DNA of 63,112 nucleotides, the filler included, from Rozella allomycis CSF55 (taxonomy: Eukaryota): assembly GCA_000442015.1 (NCBI GenBank). It is 9 parts of 9 records of this genome, joined end to end, with 100 filler letters (N's around TTAATTAATTAA, not from the genome) between each part and the next. Parts side by side here need not be neighbours in the genome. Positions count along the whole stretch, not along the records: positions 45,481 to 51,645 come from KE561035.1; positions 51,746 to 54,388 come from KE561036.1; positions 54,489 to 58,928 come from KE561043.1; positions 59,029 to 60,695 come from KE561044.1; 5 more parts are not named here. One strand, written 5' to 3'. Of the stretch, positions 49,147-60,795 are shown one piece after another. Position 1 is the first letter of the stretch, and each line of letters opens with the position of its first letter. Below the pieces are notes generated by a model. The model did no database searches. It saw nothing but the letters and a program-made list of their open reading frames with translations, and had not been told where the DNA came from. Position numbers and translations under genes: made by a program.

Positions 49147-49385
49147 ATGTATCCATTACCGGCAGATGATCTTCCTTTACTACCAACCATAATCAAATAG
49201 AGCATAATATTTCGTTCTTGCAAATGTAGTGGACGAACTTACAGAAACATGGGTTGATCGCTTCCATGAAAGCAATACATTGCCGTTCTACTTCCCACCA
49301 AAGGTCACCGTTTCCTTAGATGTATTTCCCATACGCATTCAAAGACCAAAGAAACATCAAAGAGTCTATTATACGGGCACGTAGA
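49147..49385 (+). mobile_element. PIF/Harbinger (DDE_Tnp_4-like) transposase fragment
   Basis: VTVSLDVFPIRIQRPKKHQRVYYTG, resembling the first catalytic Asp motif; truncated by a stop. Confidence 0.55.
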
Positions 49386-49594
49386 CTTAAGAACAAAAGG
49401 CTTTTAATTTGATTTAGGGTTCGTGTCCAGCATGGCATCGGATATTTGAAGAGGTTTCGTGTGTTGAGTGCCAGGTATAGAGGAAGAATGCATAGTCAAT
49501 TTTTGCGAGATATTGTCATAGTTTGTATTCATTTGACAACGTTGCATACCAAAAGCTCGCCTATAAGAAATTAACATAAATAAATTGATAGTTA

Positions 49595-49776
49595 AAACTT
49601 TACCGCAAATAGCGATATTAATGTCATTTAGCGCGGTAAAAACGCTAAATATCGCCCAAAAGCGCAATTATCGATACTAAAAACTAGCCCAAAATTGTGG
49701 TATCTATAATTGCCTATGTTAGCGCTTTTACCGCGCTAAATGACATTAAAAGCGCTATTTGCGGTCGGTAAAGTTT
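49595..49776. repeat. Long imperfect inverted repeat (foldback/MITE-like)
   Basis: Left AAACTTTACCGCAAATAGCG..TAATGTCATTTAGCGCGGTAAAA.CGCTAA matches the reverse complement of 49719-49776; inner GCAATTAT.GATAC / GTATC.ATAATTGC. Confidence 0.85.
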
Positions 49777-49789
49777 ATCGTAAGAAGTA

Positions 49790-51645
49790 CAAGTCTACTC
49801 TTAAAATCGGAAGGCTTCTTTGAACCAATAATTCTTTGGACAGATAACGGCAACTTAAAAAAAATAAAAAAACAACGACTTCGTTTTCGGTATTGTCAAA
49901 TGATATGCTGTTTTCTAAAAATTTTCTCCTCAACTTTTGCAAAGAAAGATTTTACAGTATCCGTCTTATTATAATTTAAATTAAATAGCTCCTGATGTCT
50001 TTCAGTTCTCCAAGAGGGTGAAACAAACTTATTAATAAATTCTTGCTTTTGGGTTTCTGGAGTAAGATCCTGGAAATTTTTAATAACAACATTCTCAAAC
50101 CAAATGTAGCCTTGAGGATGATCTTGAATAAGTCCATCAGGTAGTTGGCATGTTTGTTCTAAATTTAAATTACGAATTCTTATTGTTTGATCAAAAAGTT
50201 TCCAAAATTTGTCTGCAGGAGTATTTACCGTCAACTTCAGTCCTTTTGACAGTCCGGTGGCTAATTTAGCAAATATCAGCTTTCCTTCAGAATGCGCCAC
50301 ATTTTTTTTCACTACCCCTGTTGTCTTCTCCAATAAACTTTTATTTGCTTCTATTAACTCTTTTAACAAATTCATTTTGCGAGCTAAATTCGCGCGAACC
50401 TCTAAACTAGCATTTCCTTCCGCTAACTTGGCTTGCTCATCTATCTTCAAATTAAGGCTTTCTTCGTCAAAAAAAATTGTTTTCTTTAAATTTTCTTGTT
50501 CTCCTCTAACTTCCACGGTTGAATTCATTTTTTAAAATAAGTTCAAACGGAAAATAAAAAATGAGACAAGGGTTTATTTAGGAAATTAGAGAATTATAGT
50601 TAACAGGGATATCGTTATTTACGACAATTTACATGGATTGGAAAGCTGTACAACTTTATTCGAGCTCCTTTCGGCTTCAAGAAGATCCCTAGTGTAAAAG
50701 AGCTTTATGATATAGTCGCAACATACCTTGGAATTCCGAAAGATATGGCTGAGCCCAGATATAAATTTTACCAATGTGATTGACTATTAAGTTGTTCATC
50801 TTGCCAGGGTTCAAATGCAAGAAGAAAAAAATTTCGGAAAATTCCGGAACTGTATTGTGATTTTCATGGGGAGAATGATTCCCATACAACAAGTCAATGT
50901 CGAACCTTACTGAAGTCAAAGAAGACCGGTGAGAAGCCTTTTGAAAGAGATTCCAGTTCAAAAGATGTCAAAATGAAAAATGATGCTAAAATGTGCTTTC
51001 ATGGATGCAGTCAAAAATATGAACCTAGTCATGATTGCCCCAAGCGTAAAAAGCCTTAAAGTAGGGCGACCCAGTTAGAAACTGATGATTTTGAAGTTAT
51101 GGAACAAACTATTTATGACCTTGAAAATTCTACATTATCTTACCCAACTTACATTGAGAGTGCTGATGAAGAGATTTTTGATGACGTGAAACCATCCATA
51201 AGTATGACAGAGGTTAAACATAAAATTGATAAAACCCCTGTAAGAAATTACATTTATGCTCCAGTACTCTTAAATAATCCCAAAGTTGAAGCGGGCATCG
51301 ACTCCATGTCAACCCATAGTTTTATTACTCCGAACTTAGTTTCTGAATTAAATTTGAAATTTACAAAAGTAGATGGTTCTATTGGACTTGCTAGTGCCGG
51401 TGCCTCTTGTAAGCGTATAGGCTACACCGAAGAGGTAAAAGTTATTCATGGTGGAGTAACTATTTATCACGCATTTGAAATAATGAACCTNAATTTGAAA
51501 TAATGAACCTGGGAAAGGATAAAGATAAAAATATTGACTGTATATTTGGTTTGGATATTCTTCCTTAAATTGGTATATTCCTTGGTGGTATATCTAAAAA
51601 ATTTAATATTCCTGGAAATGATAATATTGCGGAACCGGCGCCAAT
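49790..51645. mobile_element. Rearranged Ty3/gypsy LTR-retrotransposon relic
   Basis: Gag-like ORF on - (49896-50528); on +, an RT fragment FTWIGKLYNFIRAPFGFKKIPS (about 50627-50692), a knuckle-like CFHGC...HDC and a retropepsin VEAGIDSMSTHSFI (51099-51503). Confidence 0.65.
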
Positions 51646-52963
51646 NNNNNNNNNNNNNNNNNNNNNNNNNNNNNNNNNNNNNNNNNNNNTTAATTAATTA
51701 ANNNNNNNNNNNNNNNNNNNNNNNNNNNNNNNNNNNNNNNNNNNNAGACAAATTGCACTGAATTAGGAGAAAAACTCGAAAATGCGTTTTTGCCACAATT
51801 ACTGTGAGATTAAAGTGAGTCATATATCAATAATAAATTTCTTTGTTAACTTTTATCTCTCGGCGTTATCATTGTAATCAACATTATCAGCGNTTTTTAC
51901 GACAATTACTGTGAGATTTAAAAAGTGAGTAATAAAATATCATATATCAATAATAAATTTCTTGTTAACTTTTATCTCTCGGCGTTATCATTGTAATCAA
52001 CATTATCAGCGTCATGAACGGATGGCACCCTTTGATCAACTTCGGTGAATTCTTCAAATTTAACACCATATTCTCCATTCAAAATAATCTCTATTTTATT
52101 GTCGACACTTTCACGCATCACCTCATTGATACTATCATCGAAGCACTATCATTTTCAATCTGTTCAAGATTCTTCTCAATTTCTTGGTCCGATGGAATTT
52201 TTGGACCATAAAATATATTTTATATTTAAAATTAAAATAAAAAAGGTTGAAAACATGAAATATGAAGACAAATTGTATTGAAATGAGAAGAAAACTCAAA
52301 AATGCTTTTTACCACAATCCTGTGAGATTGAAAATGAGTATCAATAATATATATTCATTTATTTAATAAATATTTATTTTTATTGTTCAAAAAATCACAT
52401 TCAAGTTCCCTACCCCGTGTACTTTTTTTTTNAAAAAATCACATTCAAACTCCCTACCCCGCGTACACTACCATCTGGAATATCTCGTCAACGACCTTTC
52501 TTACAGGACCTGAAAAAGAATATTACTTGGTATATTGGATGTTCTGAGTTCATAGACCAAATTTGAAGGAAAACGGAAGCAAAAAATGGTTAGAAACACA
52601 CATATACACAAACACACACACACACACCACTCGACAACCACCCTGTAAATCCCTTAAAGTGAGTGTATATATGAAGTGAAAATCTTATTAACAATAATCG
52701 TTTATGAAGTCCGGGTCGTAAACTCCCCGTCCGATATCTTAGTAAATATATGTACAATAAGTAGCATTGACCGACGCCAAAAAGTCTCGGTGATATTAAA
52801 GCACTTCTTATATGATTTTTACGTTTTTACGTAATTATATTTATATGTGACTCTTTTAGAACCTACCGTCATAATTTTGAGCCCTATTAACGTTGAAGAG
52901 TCACACAAAGTAAAGTTATCACAGCTTGAACATGAACTAATAAACATTTTATTTAATAATGCA

Positions 52964-53924
52964 TTAATCGAATTCAGGTAGATCTTCTAATGTCGGATCA
53001 AAGTCAAAGGGGTTTTTCTCAAGGTCCAACTTGGGAGGCACAAAGCTTTGTCCAAAATTTATTGAAGGCATTGGTGGCAATTCTCGGATTTTGATATCCT
53101 TTGAAACAAACTTGTCCCAAGGATTGATTGTTATATCGATGTCATTGAAATGAACGTTCTCAGGAAGGGTCAATTCCAATTTTCTTAACCTCTTTTCACT
53201 AGCATTGTTTTCACTGTTCCCCCCGCGTTTCCTTTTTCGGCCCGAGGTAACAAATTTATCACATTCCTCCTTTTCCAATAATTTACTTTCCCTTAACTCT
53301 TTCTTCATCAATTGACGATGTGAAAAGCCAATATCACCAAACTCTTGATTCAAAGCAACGCTTCTTGCATTGAAACATACGTGAACTCCGCAGGAAACTG
53401 CATCGACTTGTTTTTCAACATTTTCAACAAATTCTATTTCACATTTAGATTCATCTGCTCCTAAAAATAAAGAAATGTCCTATTTTACAAGAAAATCAAA
53501 TTTACATGAGGAAAATTTGGATAAAGGAATTGTTTTAGACTATCATAAACTTGAATTTGATAACTTTCATTTATCACTCTAACGACAGTCAAGAACCAAT
53601 GGTCGTTGATATGTATTGGAATTAAGGTTGTGATCCCTTCCTGTAATGTAATTTTGCTGCGATCAACGGTTTCAAAGCCGTAATGTCTCGCCTCGGCAAA
53701 GAACGAAGGATCAACAACTGCACAATTATTGCAAACATCTGTGATAAGTGAAAAGTAGTGTTTAATAATAGTGTCTTCTAAGTAAACTTCAGCATCTAGA
53801 TTCTCACTCAATTCTTTGTCGGTCAAAGGACTACAATAAAGAGAACCATAACTTACGATGTATAATCACACGGAAAACATAACACAGTGCCCAAGAGTAT
53901 GAGAAAATGTAGGAATATTTTCAT
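52964..53924 (-). CDS. Secreted Ulp1/SENP-like (peptidase C48, CE clan) protease with basic NLS-like tail, 3 exons
   Basis: Exon 1 MKIFLHFLILLGTVLCFPCDYT; GT-AG introns at 53831-53856 and 53480-53505; YLEDTII, LIPIHINDHWFL, VYDSL, KQVDAVSCGVHV; GRKRKRG and EKRLRK. Confidence 0.8.
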
Positions 53925-54488
53925 CTTACAAGGGTCCTAAAATTATGGGCCAAGACACAAGCCACTTGACAATAGAAATCCGAAAATAATCGGTAAAACT
54001 CAAGCTCATATTGACAAATCAAAACACAAATGTATAGATTGATTTAAACTAGATTTTTAGCTAATTGACATGGTGAGTACCGATTCCTCAATTAGTCAAT
54101 TTATATGGGACACATGGTGTCACATGGCAATCCAGAAAAAAAGTAAAAAGACGAAATTGATGAATATTAATAAAACTCTAAGAAGTTCTCTTGGGGTGTC
54201 GTTTTAACCTGAATCAAATATTATTTTTGAGGAAAAAATGCTTGTTTTCTGACTATGTAAATCGTCATTTCAATTGCTCATGTACTCAAAAAATATACCG
54301 GAAACCTTGAAAATGGAAAAAGAAAAAAAATATTTTCATCGAAAATCCTTTTTTGTAATAAAATTTAAAGTGTAGTAGTTAATGTCATNNNNNNNNNNNN
54401 NNNNNNNNNNNNNNNNNNNNNNNNNNNNNNNNTTAATTAATTAANNNNNNNNNNNNNNNNNNNNNNNNNNNNNNNNNNNNNNNNNNNN

Positions 54489-55005
54489 ATTCACCCAAAT
54501 CTCTAAAAGTTTTTCTGAAATATTTGAAAAATTAGTTCCAAGTGGATTTGCTCAATTAATATCAGACAAAGGTAAGTGATGATGTGATTTTTGAAATAGG
54601 TAAATTATACTTCTTCTAATCAAAGGTGGACTCGCTGTTAGAGTATCTTTTACTTCTAAATCAGATCAAGGCCTCTTAATTCAACAACTATCAGGCGGCC
54701 AAAAATCTCTCGTTGCTCTGGCTTTCATTCTAGCAATTCAATCTTGCGATCCCGCCCCCTTTTATCTATTCGATGAAATCGACGCTAATTTAGATGCCGT
54801 TTACAGATCTTCTGCTGCTAATCTCATAAACGAACTATCCAAAAATGCTCAATTCATCATCACAACTTTTAGACCTGAATTCTTAAACATTTCTAAAAAA
54901 TTTTACGGTGTAACTTTTAATAACAAAATTAGTCAAATCAAATCAGTCTCAAAACATGACGCTCTGGAATTTGTTGAAACTGAACTAAAACTAGTTGATG
55001 AATAG
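54489..55005 (+). CDS. SMC3: Cohesin subunit SMC3, C-terminal part
   Basis: QQLSGGQKSLVALAFILAIQSCDPAPFYLFDEIDANLD, QFIITTFRPE; stop TAG 55003-55005. Confidence 0.95.
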
Positions 55006-55397
55006 TCAAGTTGAAATTGAATAAACATTATTAAGTTATTACAATTTTCATGGTAGAATCTATATCAGTTCTAAAGAAATTTTTAATTATTGTGGAATCT
55101 ATTTTTTTCAGTTTAATCAATTTTAATGTTCGTGGAATCTATTTTTATCTCATCAATAATTGCTCCATCTATTCTGCAGGGGACCGGGGTACATTTTGTC
55201 AAAAATATGAGTGATAAACTCAAAAACGATATTCCATATACACAGGCAATCCATCACCCCAAAAATATAGAAACCAACCCACAAAATGCTCTCAACGAAT
55301 CTTGGACCTCAGAAGCACCCCTCTGTTGCTTAACCTGTCTCTGTCCATGCTACACACACGGCGCAATCGAAAAGCTACTAGANTTTAATCAATTTTA

Positions 55398-55895
55398 ATG
55401 TTCGTGGAATCTATTTTTATCTCATCAATAATTGCTCCATCTATTCTGCAGGGGACCGGGGTACATTTTGTCAAAAATATGAGTGATAAACTCAAAAACG
55501 ATATTCCATATACACAGGCAATCCATCACCCCAAAAATATAGAAACCAACCCACAAAACCCTCTCAACGAATCTTGGACCTCGGAAGCTCCTCTCTGCTG
55601 CTTCACCTGTCTCTGTCCATGCTACACACACGGCGCAATCGAAAAATTACTAGATGACAGTAAACCCAGTCCATCCATTTACGGAATATTAGGCTGCCTC
55701 GCTTTCTGTTGCCAATCTGAAACTCTGGGCGAAAGCGTTAGTACAAGGAGAGAAAAGTCACAAAAATTTACTGGAAAGAAACTGAAAAGTTTGTGGCAGT
55801 ATTTTTGTTGCTATCCCGTGGCTATGACGGAAGAATATATTGCTGTAAGAAATGCCAAGTTGAAGTCATTGGCAGATAAGTCTTCTAAGTGTTGA
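55398..55895 (+). CDS. PLAC8/Cys-rich family protein (5' part duplicated at 55126-55382)
   Basis: W...CCFTCLCPCYTHG...RRE...FCCYPVAMTEEY. True start may be MSDKL. Confidence 0.75.
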   Translation: MFVESIFISSIIAPSILQGTGVHFVKNMSDKLKNDIPYTQAIHHPKNIETNPQNPLNESWTSEAPLCCFTCLCPCYTHGAIEKLLDDSKPSPSIYGILGCLAFCCQSETLGESVSTRREKSQKFTGKKLKSLWQYFCCYPVAMTEEYIAVRNAKLKSLADKSSKC

Positions 55896-56626
55896 AGAGA
55901 TGTGATTGCAAGTAGTCACTAACGATGTATTTTGTGATTTTAAATGGATTTATTTTAATGTAATAAATTCAATTGTAATTTTTTCAATAATTATGTTATA
56001 TGTCGGGCGTTAGAATTCGTCTATTTTTTGGTTGATTGAACATTTGTTATTGAAAACATCAAATATTTTGATACAAATTGTTAAGGCTGTCCTAAAAGTG
56101 ACTTAAATATCGCGTTTGAATAGGAAATGAAGGGAGACGTAGTGTTGATGATGTGGTAACTGGCAATTGCAATTAGTACCACTAGCGATGTATCGTGTGA
56201 TTTGGAATTGTTTATATTATAAACGTAATTGTAACTTTTTCGGTCACTGTGACACAATACCATCAAACATGTTGATAAGATACAAATTGTTAAGGCTGTC
56301 GTAAACGTGACGTAAATATCGCGTTTACTTCTGGATTCTTCTATGTTGAATAAATTGCTTTCTTTCAAACGTCATCGTTTCCTCTTACATCTATTAAACT
56401 GTTATTAACTTATTACTTATTAGTCAATGGTGTTTGCTTTCATTTTGAACTCGAAAATACCATTACCGATAGCTTTCGACAAAATCTCAATGACAAGATG
56501 AGTCGCCAAAACACTGTCAATAAATAATAATAAGTAATAAATACATTATTTTACAAAATATCTAATTTTTATTGTTCAAATCTCATTGCAAACTCCCTAC
56601 CCCGGAAAAGATTATTACTTCGATAA

Positions 56627-56881
56627 TCGGACGGGGAGGTACGACCAAGACTCCAGACACGAATCGTGTTAACACTATTTTCACTTCGATTACACATTCA
56701 CTTTAAGGGATTTATACTGTTGACCAGGGTAGTTGTCGAAAAAGATTATTAATTCGATTATTGGGTATTGGGAATTCACAGACTTAGATTGGGACACGGT
56801 GTAGATATAAGAAGTGAAAATGTCATTAACTCAACATGCCAAAGTCGCTTCTGAAGTCCAGGTCGTAAACTCCCCGCCCAA
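56627..56881. mobile_element. About 255-bp MITE with ~30-bp TIRs (TCGGACGGGGAG...); related ends at 45228-45270 and 52631-52734
   Basis: Left TCGGACGGGGAGGTACGACCAAGACTCCAGA and right TCTGAAGTCCAGGTCGTAAACTCCCCGCCCAA; about 110 nt of left-end homology with the reverse complement of 52631-52734. Confidence 0.75.
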
Positions 56882-56928
56882 TTAAAAAAATCAAATAAAA
56901 TGATAAAATTCTTCGCTATTAAGTGTGT

Positions 56929-58928
56929 TTATTCAAGGGGACGTTTCTTGGAGTTGATCTTCTTGGACAAAGAGATAAGATCGAGAGCCATAGCATTGCA
57001 GCATTTGCCAGGGTTGATAAACAATAAACGGCCATTAGAGATATAAGAAGACACAACTGCATTTGATTCAAGTACTGGACGGTCATTATCCTTGAGAAAG
57101 ATCCATAGCAAAAGATCTACTTCTTCCTGTGACTGTTTACTAATTTTCATCTGAGAAACGACGGACTTTTCCAAGGGAATGGCTAATGAGTTCTTTATTG
57201 AACAAGCAACCCTAACCTGACGTTTATGTCCGCGTTCATCTGTGTGCAACGCCTTGAATACAACATCATGATGTGCAGTGGTAGCGTGAATGTTATGTGT
57301 AATTTTGTTGTCTGGGCAATCATCAACAAACACTTCAGTCGTAGGTCGTTCGATTCCATTGATTTTTTCAGTAGACAAATTGTCCAATACCGCTTCTTCA
57401 CAGCCAAAAACTTCAAACAAAGTTTTGTCATTAGACAGGTGGATTTTCACTGCTGCAGACGACACAACCAAACTTTCAAAGATATGGCCAATCTTTTGAG
57501 GGTCAGCGTTGTAATACTCTTGGAAATCAAAGAAGAGATCTTCTAAAACTAAGCCAGGAATCAATTGATTGACAAGATTTCTAATTTCCTCTTTTCTCAG
57601 ATCCAATAATGCAATTTTAGAGATGTTGAAGTTGGCATTGTTCCAAATGTATGTAAACGGCAAGAGATAAGTGCCTGCATTAGTTGCGGGAAATATGATG
57701 GATTTGTGCACTAAATCTTTCCACTTCCAGCGGTTTGATCCTGGAACCATGGCGTCCAAATCCAGCTCTTTGCTGACAGAGCAGTGAAGAATCACTTGTA
57801 CAATTTCCGCCACAGAAAAATCATTAGAAATCAAGAAATTCGACATTTCAGGGTAATATTTTCTTGCAGCTTGTTCAAATGATTGAAAGACAATTCCTGT
57901 TTCTGATCTATCACATTTTCCATAAAACCATTCAAGTGTCGCCAGATACAATATGCGAGGAATCCTGTACGAGGCATAAATCAATGCTAATACATCTGCA
58001 TCATCTACAGAATACTCAATCTCCTTCTTTTTCTCCTTCATCCAATGCTCAGCCATCTTTCGCCAATAAACTTTACATTCTTCTTCACTGAATACTTGAA
58101 TATTAATAGGATCTGGCGCTATTTTAGACTTTTCTGTGATCTTAAATATATTGCAATCGTGCGTTCCAGCGCAAATACAAACTGGCCGACACAAGGAAAG
58201 CTTGGTAAGGAGATAACTGAGAATTGTGTGGTGTTGCCCGTCAAATTTAGAATGAACTTTAATCTTTGTGCCCCAATACTGCATTTCATCTAGAAGAATA
58301 ACAAGTGGCGCCTCTGAATTATCGTACTCGACACCAAAAGCAATATTGGTCAATCGGATATACTCTGCAGCAACATTTTCAACTGAACTGTTCCTGAATT
58401 TTTCTATCCACTCGTTAAACTTGCGTTGTTTTCCTTTATGAGTTAAAACACGTTCTACATCAGCAACTTTGAAGAAGCTAATGCCATCAACCTGTCGCTC
58501 GTTAAACATATCACACAAGAAATAGATCATAAGGTATTATTCGGCCACATGCTTTAGATCGCTTGAGCATCTCATTAGCGAGGTCAGGATTATCTTGCAT
58601 CCCAACCTTCTTCAGTAAAAAGGTTTTCCCAACACCACGACTCCCCGTTATTATCATGGGTGAGTACTTTGGCGCGGTCATGTTGTTATCTACAGCCTTG
58701 TTGATTGCTTTAAACTCCTTCTCCCGCCCTATCACTCCAAGATACTTCGCTCCGTTATCTTGAAAAAATGGAAAACTAAGCGAATACTTGGACCCATCAA
58801 ACTTTTCATATTCCACGTCCCTCTCAGATACCACTGATTATTTGCAGCAATTCATGTTTACCTTGTCGCAGATGAATAGTTAATCTTTCGTTCAGCTCCT
58901 TTAAGAGCCTGTTTTTCTCCTCTCGTAA
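56929..58928 (-). CDS. Crinkler-type P-loop NTPase + restriction-endonuclease-fold protein, 5' truncated, frameshift near 58520
   Basis: IGREKE, Walker A GSRGVGKT, Walker B VILLDEMQ, IPRIL, C-terminal GHIFESLV...AHHDVV...VACSIK, terminal KKRP. Confidence 0.65.
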
Positions 58929-59028
58929 NNNNNNNNNNNNNNNNNNNNNNNNNNNNNNNNNNNNNNNNNNNNTTAATTAATTAANNNNNNNNNNNNNNNN
59001 NNNNNNNNNNNNNNNNNNNNNNNNNNNN

Positions 59029-60693
59029 TAATTTGATCATTAAGAATAATTATTGCGATTCCACCAAAATGTGGAGATACCGCCTTAGACCAAACTGAAT
59101 TAGGAAAAAGATTGAAAGGAAAACATTCTTCATTCAAAATATGATGATCTTGAATTGCAAGAATATCAATAGAAATAGATAATAAAGATACAAAATTTTT
59201 CAAAAATGATTGTTTTCTAAACGTTTTAAGACCGCGAACATTTAATGTCGCGGTCGTTAAAGGAGACATATTTAATGGGACTCAGTCGGCCCATAGCAGA
59301 CCGATGAGTCCTTTTCATTTAATAAATTTATATCATCAGAATAAGAAATTTTTTGTCTTTTAGATAAATTATTGTTCTGCTCATTATCAATGTCTTCAGA
59401 GTCTGAAGATTTTTCATCCGACGATACTAATTCCATGTAAGTAGAAATATCATTAGAAATTACTTGATTAAAAGCAGGATCGATGTTTAAATTTGAATTA
59501 TTTAAATCATAAATAAATTGAAAATTAGATTGATAAGAATTTGGAACAAAATTAGATAATAGATTTGAACTTATGTCTTTTGTCTTTATCATTGGAGTAG
59601 AAATATCTCTGATCTTTACATTCATTGTTTTAATATTAGAATTATTATTATTAATACTTGAAATTGAAGCTCCTTTAACGACATTAGCATAAGATACAAT
59701 TTTGGATTCAGCACACTCTTCCAACTCCATGTCCGAGGAGTGTTCTGATAATGCGTCAAACATATTGGGATGAACTATATTGTCATCATTAGAAATAGAA
59801 TTTTTATTTTTTGTTTCATTTTTTTGTGTTTTATTTATATTTTTTTCTTTTTTTGTATTGTTTTTTTCATTTTTTTCTTTTTGTTGTTGAATTGCATTTG
59901 ATTTATCAATTGCTTTCTTTTTATGACAATCATTAGATTTATGTGGTCGTTTCTGTTTGCAATATTGACAATAGAATAACTTGTCACATTTTGCAATGGA
60001 ATGACTTTTACTTTTGCAATAATTACAATGATTGGTACATTCAACTTTACATTCAACGTCATAGATATTAATTTTTGATGGATAATTAAAATTTAACATA
60101 TCATTGTCTGTGTTAAATTTAACTTTAACAAATATTTTGTCAGATCTAATCTCTGGTTTTTCAAAGTAGGTCAAAATTCTGATGTCTTCTACCATCTCCC
60201 TTGGTATTCCCAGTTGTCCGATAACTGTATTTTCCAAATTCTCCAAATTATCACAATATGGAATACTTGAGATCTTCAATGACAAGAACTTGGGTTGGGT
60301 CTTAACACACAAAAAGCCCTGGTAACTTTGATTATTAATCACCAAGGACTTTTTCAAAGCATTTATCGCTTCATTATTATCTTGATATGTAAAATAAATA
60401 ACATTGTTTTTTAAAGATATTTGGACTGCCGTTTGGGCCACCTCACTTTTTACCAATTGTGGACTTAAATTATTTATCTGAGCATTAAATATAGGAAAAG
60501 CAACACTGTTAGCATTATGAAACGTATAGGTTCCCATTTTGGCCTTTTGCTCGGCCATCACCATTAGTTGCTTCAATTTACATTTTTCGTCCCCAGAGGA
60601 CACTAAAAAACGTTGGTATAGAGATAACTGAACACTTAAGTAGTTTTTCGGCTTGTTAAGGCCATGAACTGAAGTTTTTAGAATTGACGTCAT
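59029..60693 (-). mobile_element. Non-LTR retrotransposon (L1/Tx1-like): ORF1 (59272-60693) and start of ORF2 APE endonuclease (from 59269)
   Basis: ORF1 knuckles CNYCKSKSHSIAKC and CQYCKQKRPHKSNDC; ORF2 TATLNVRGL...DILAIQD...GGIAII. Confidence 0.88.
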
Positions 60694-60795
60694 TGNNNNN
60701 NNNNNNNNNNNNNNNNNNNNNNNNNNNNNNNNNNNNNNNTTAATTAATTAANNNNNNNNNNNNNNNNNNNNNNNNNNNNNNNNNNNNNNNNNNNN

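Noticed and set aside
56070..56368. 95-aa ORF with a ~50-nt direct repeat
   Set aside because: Non-ATG start, no recognisable motif; probably a decayed duplication.
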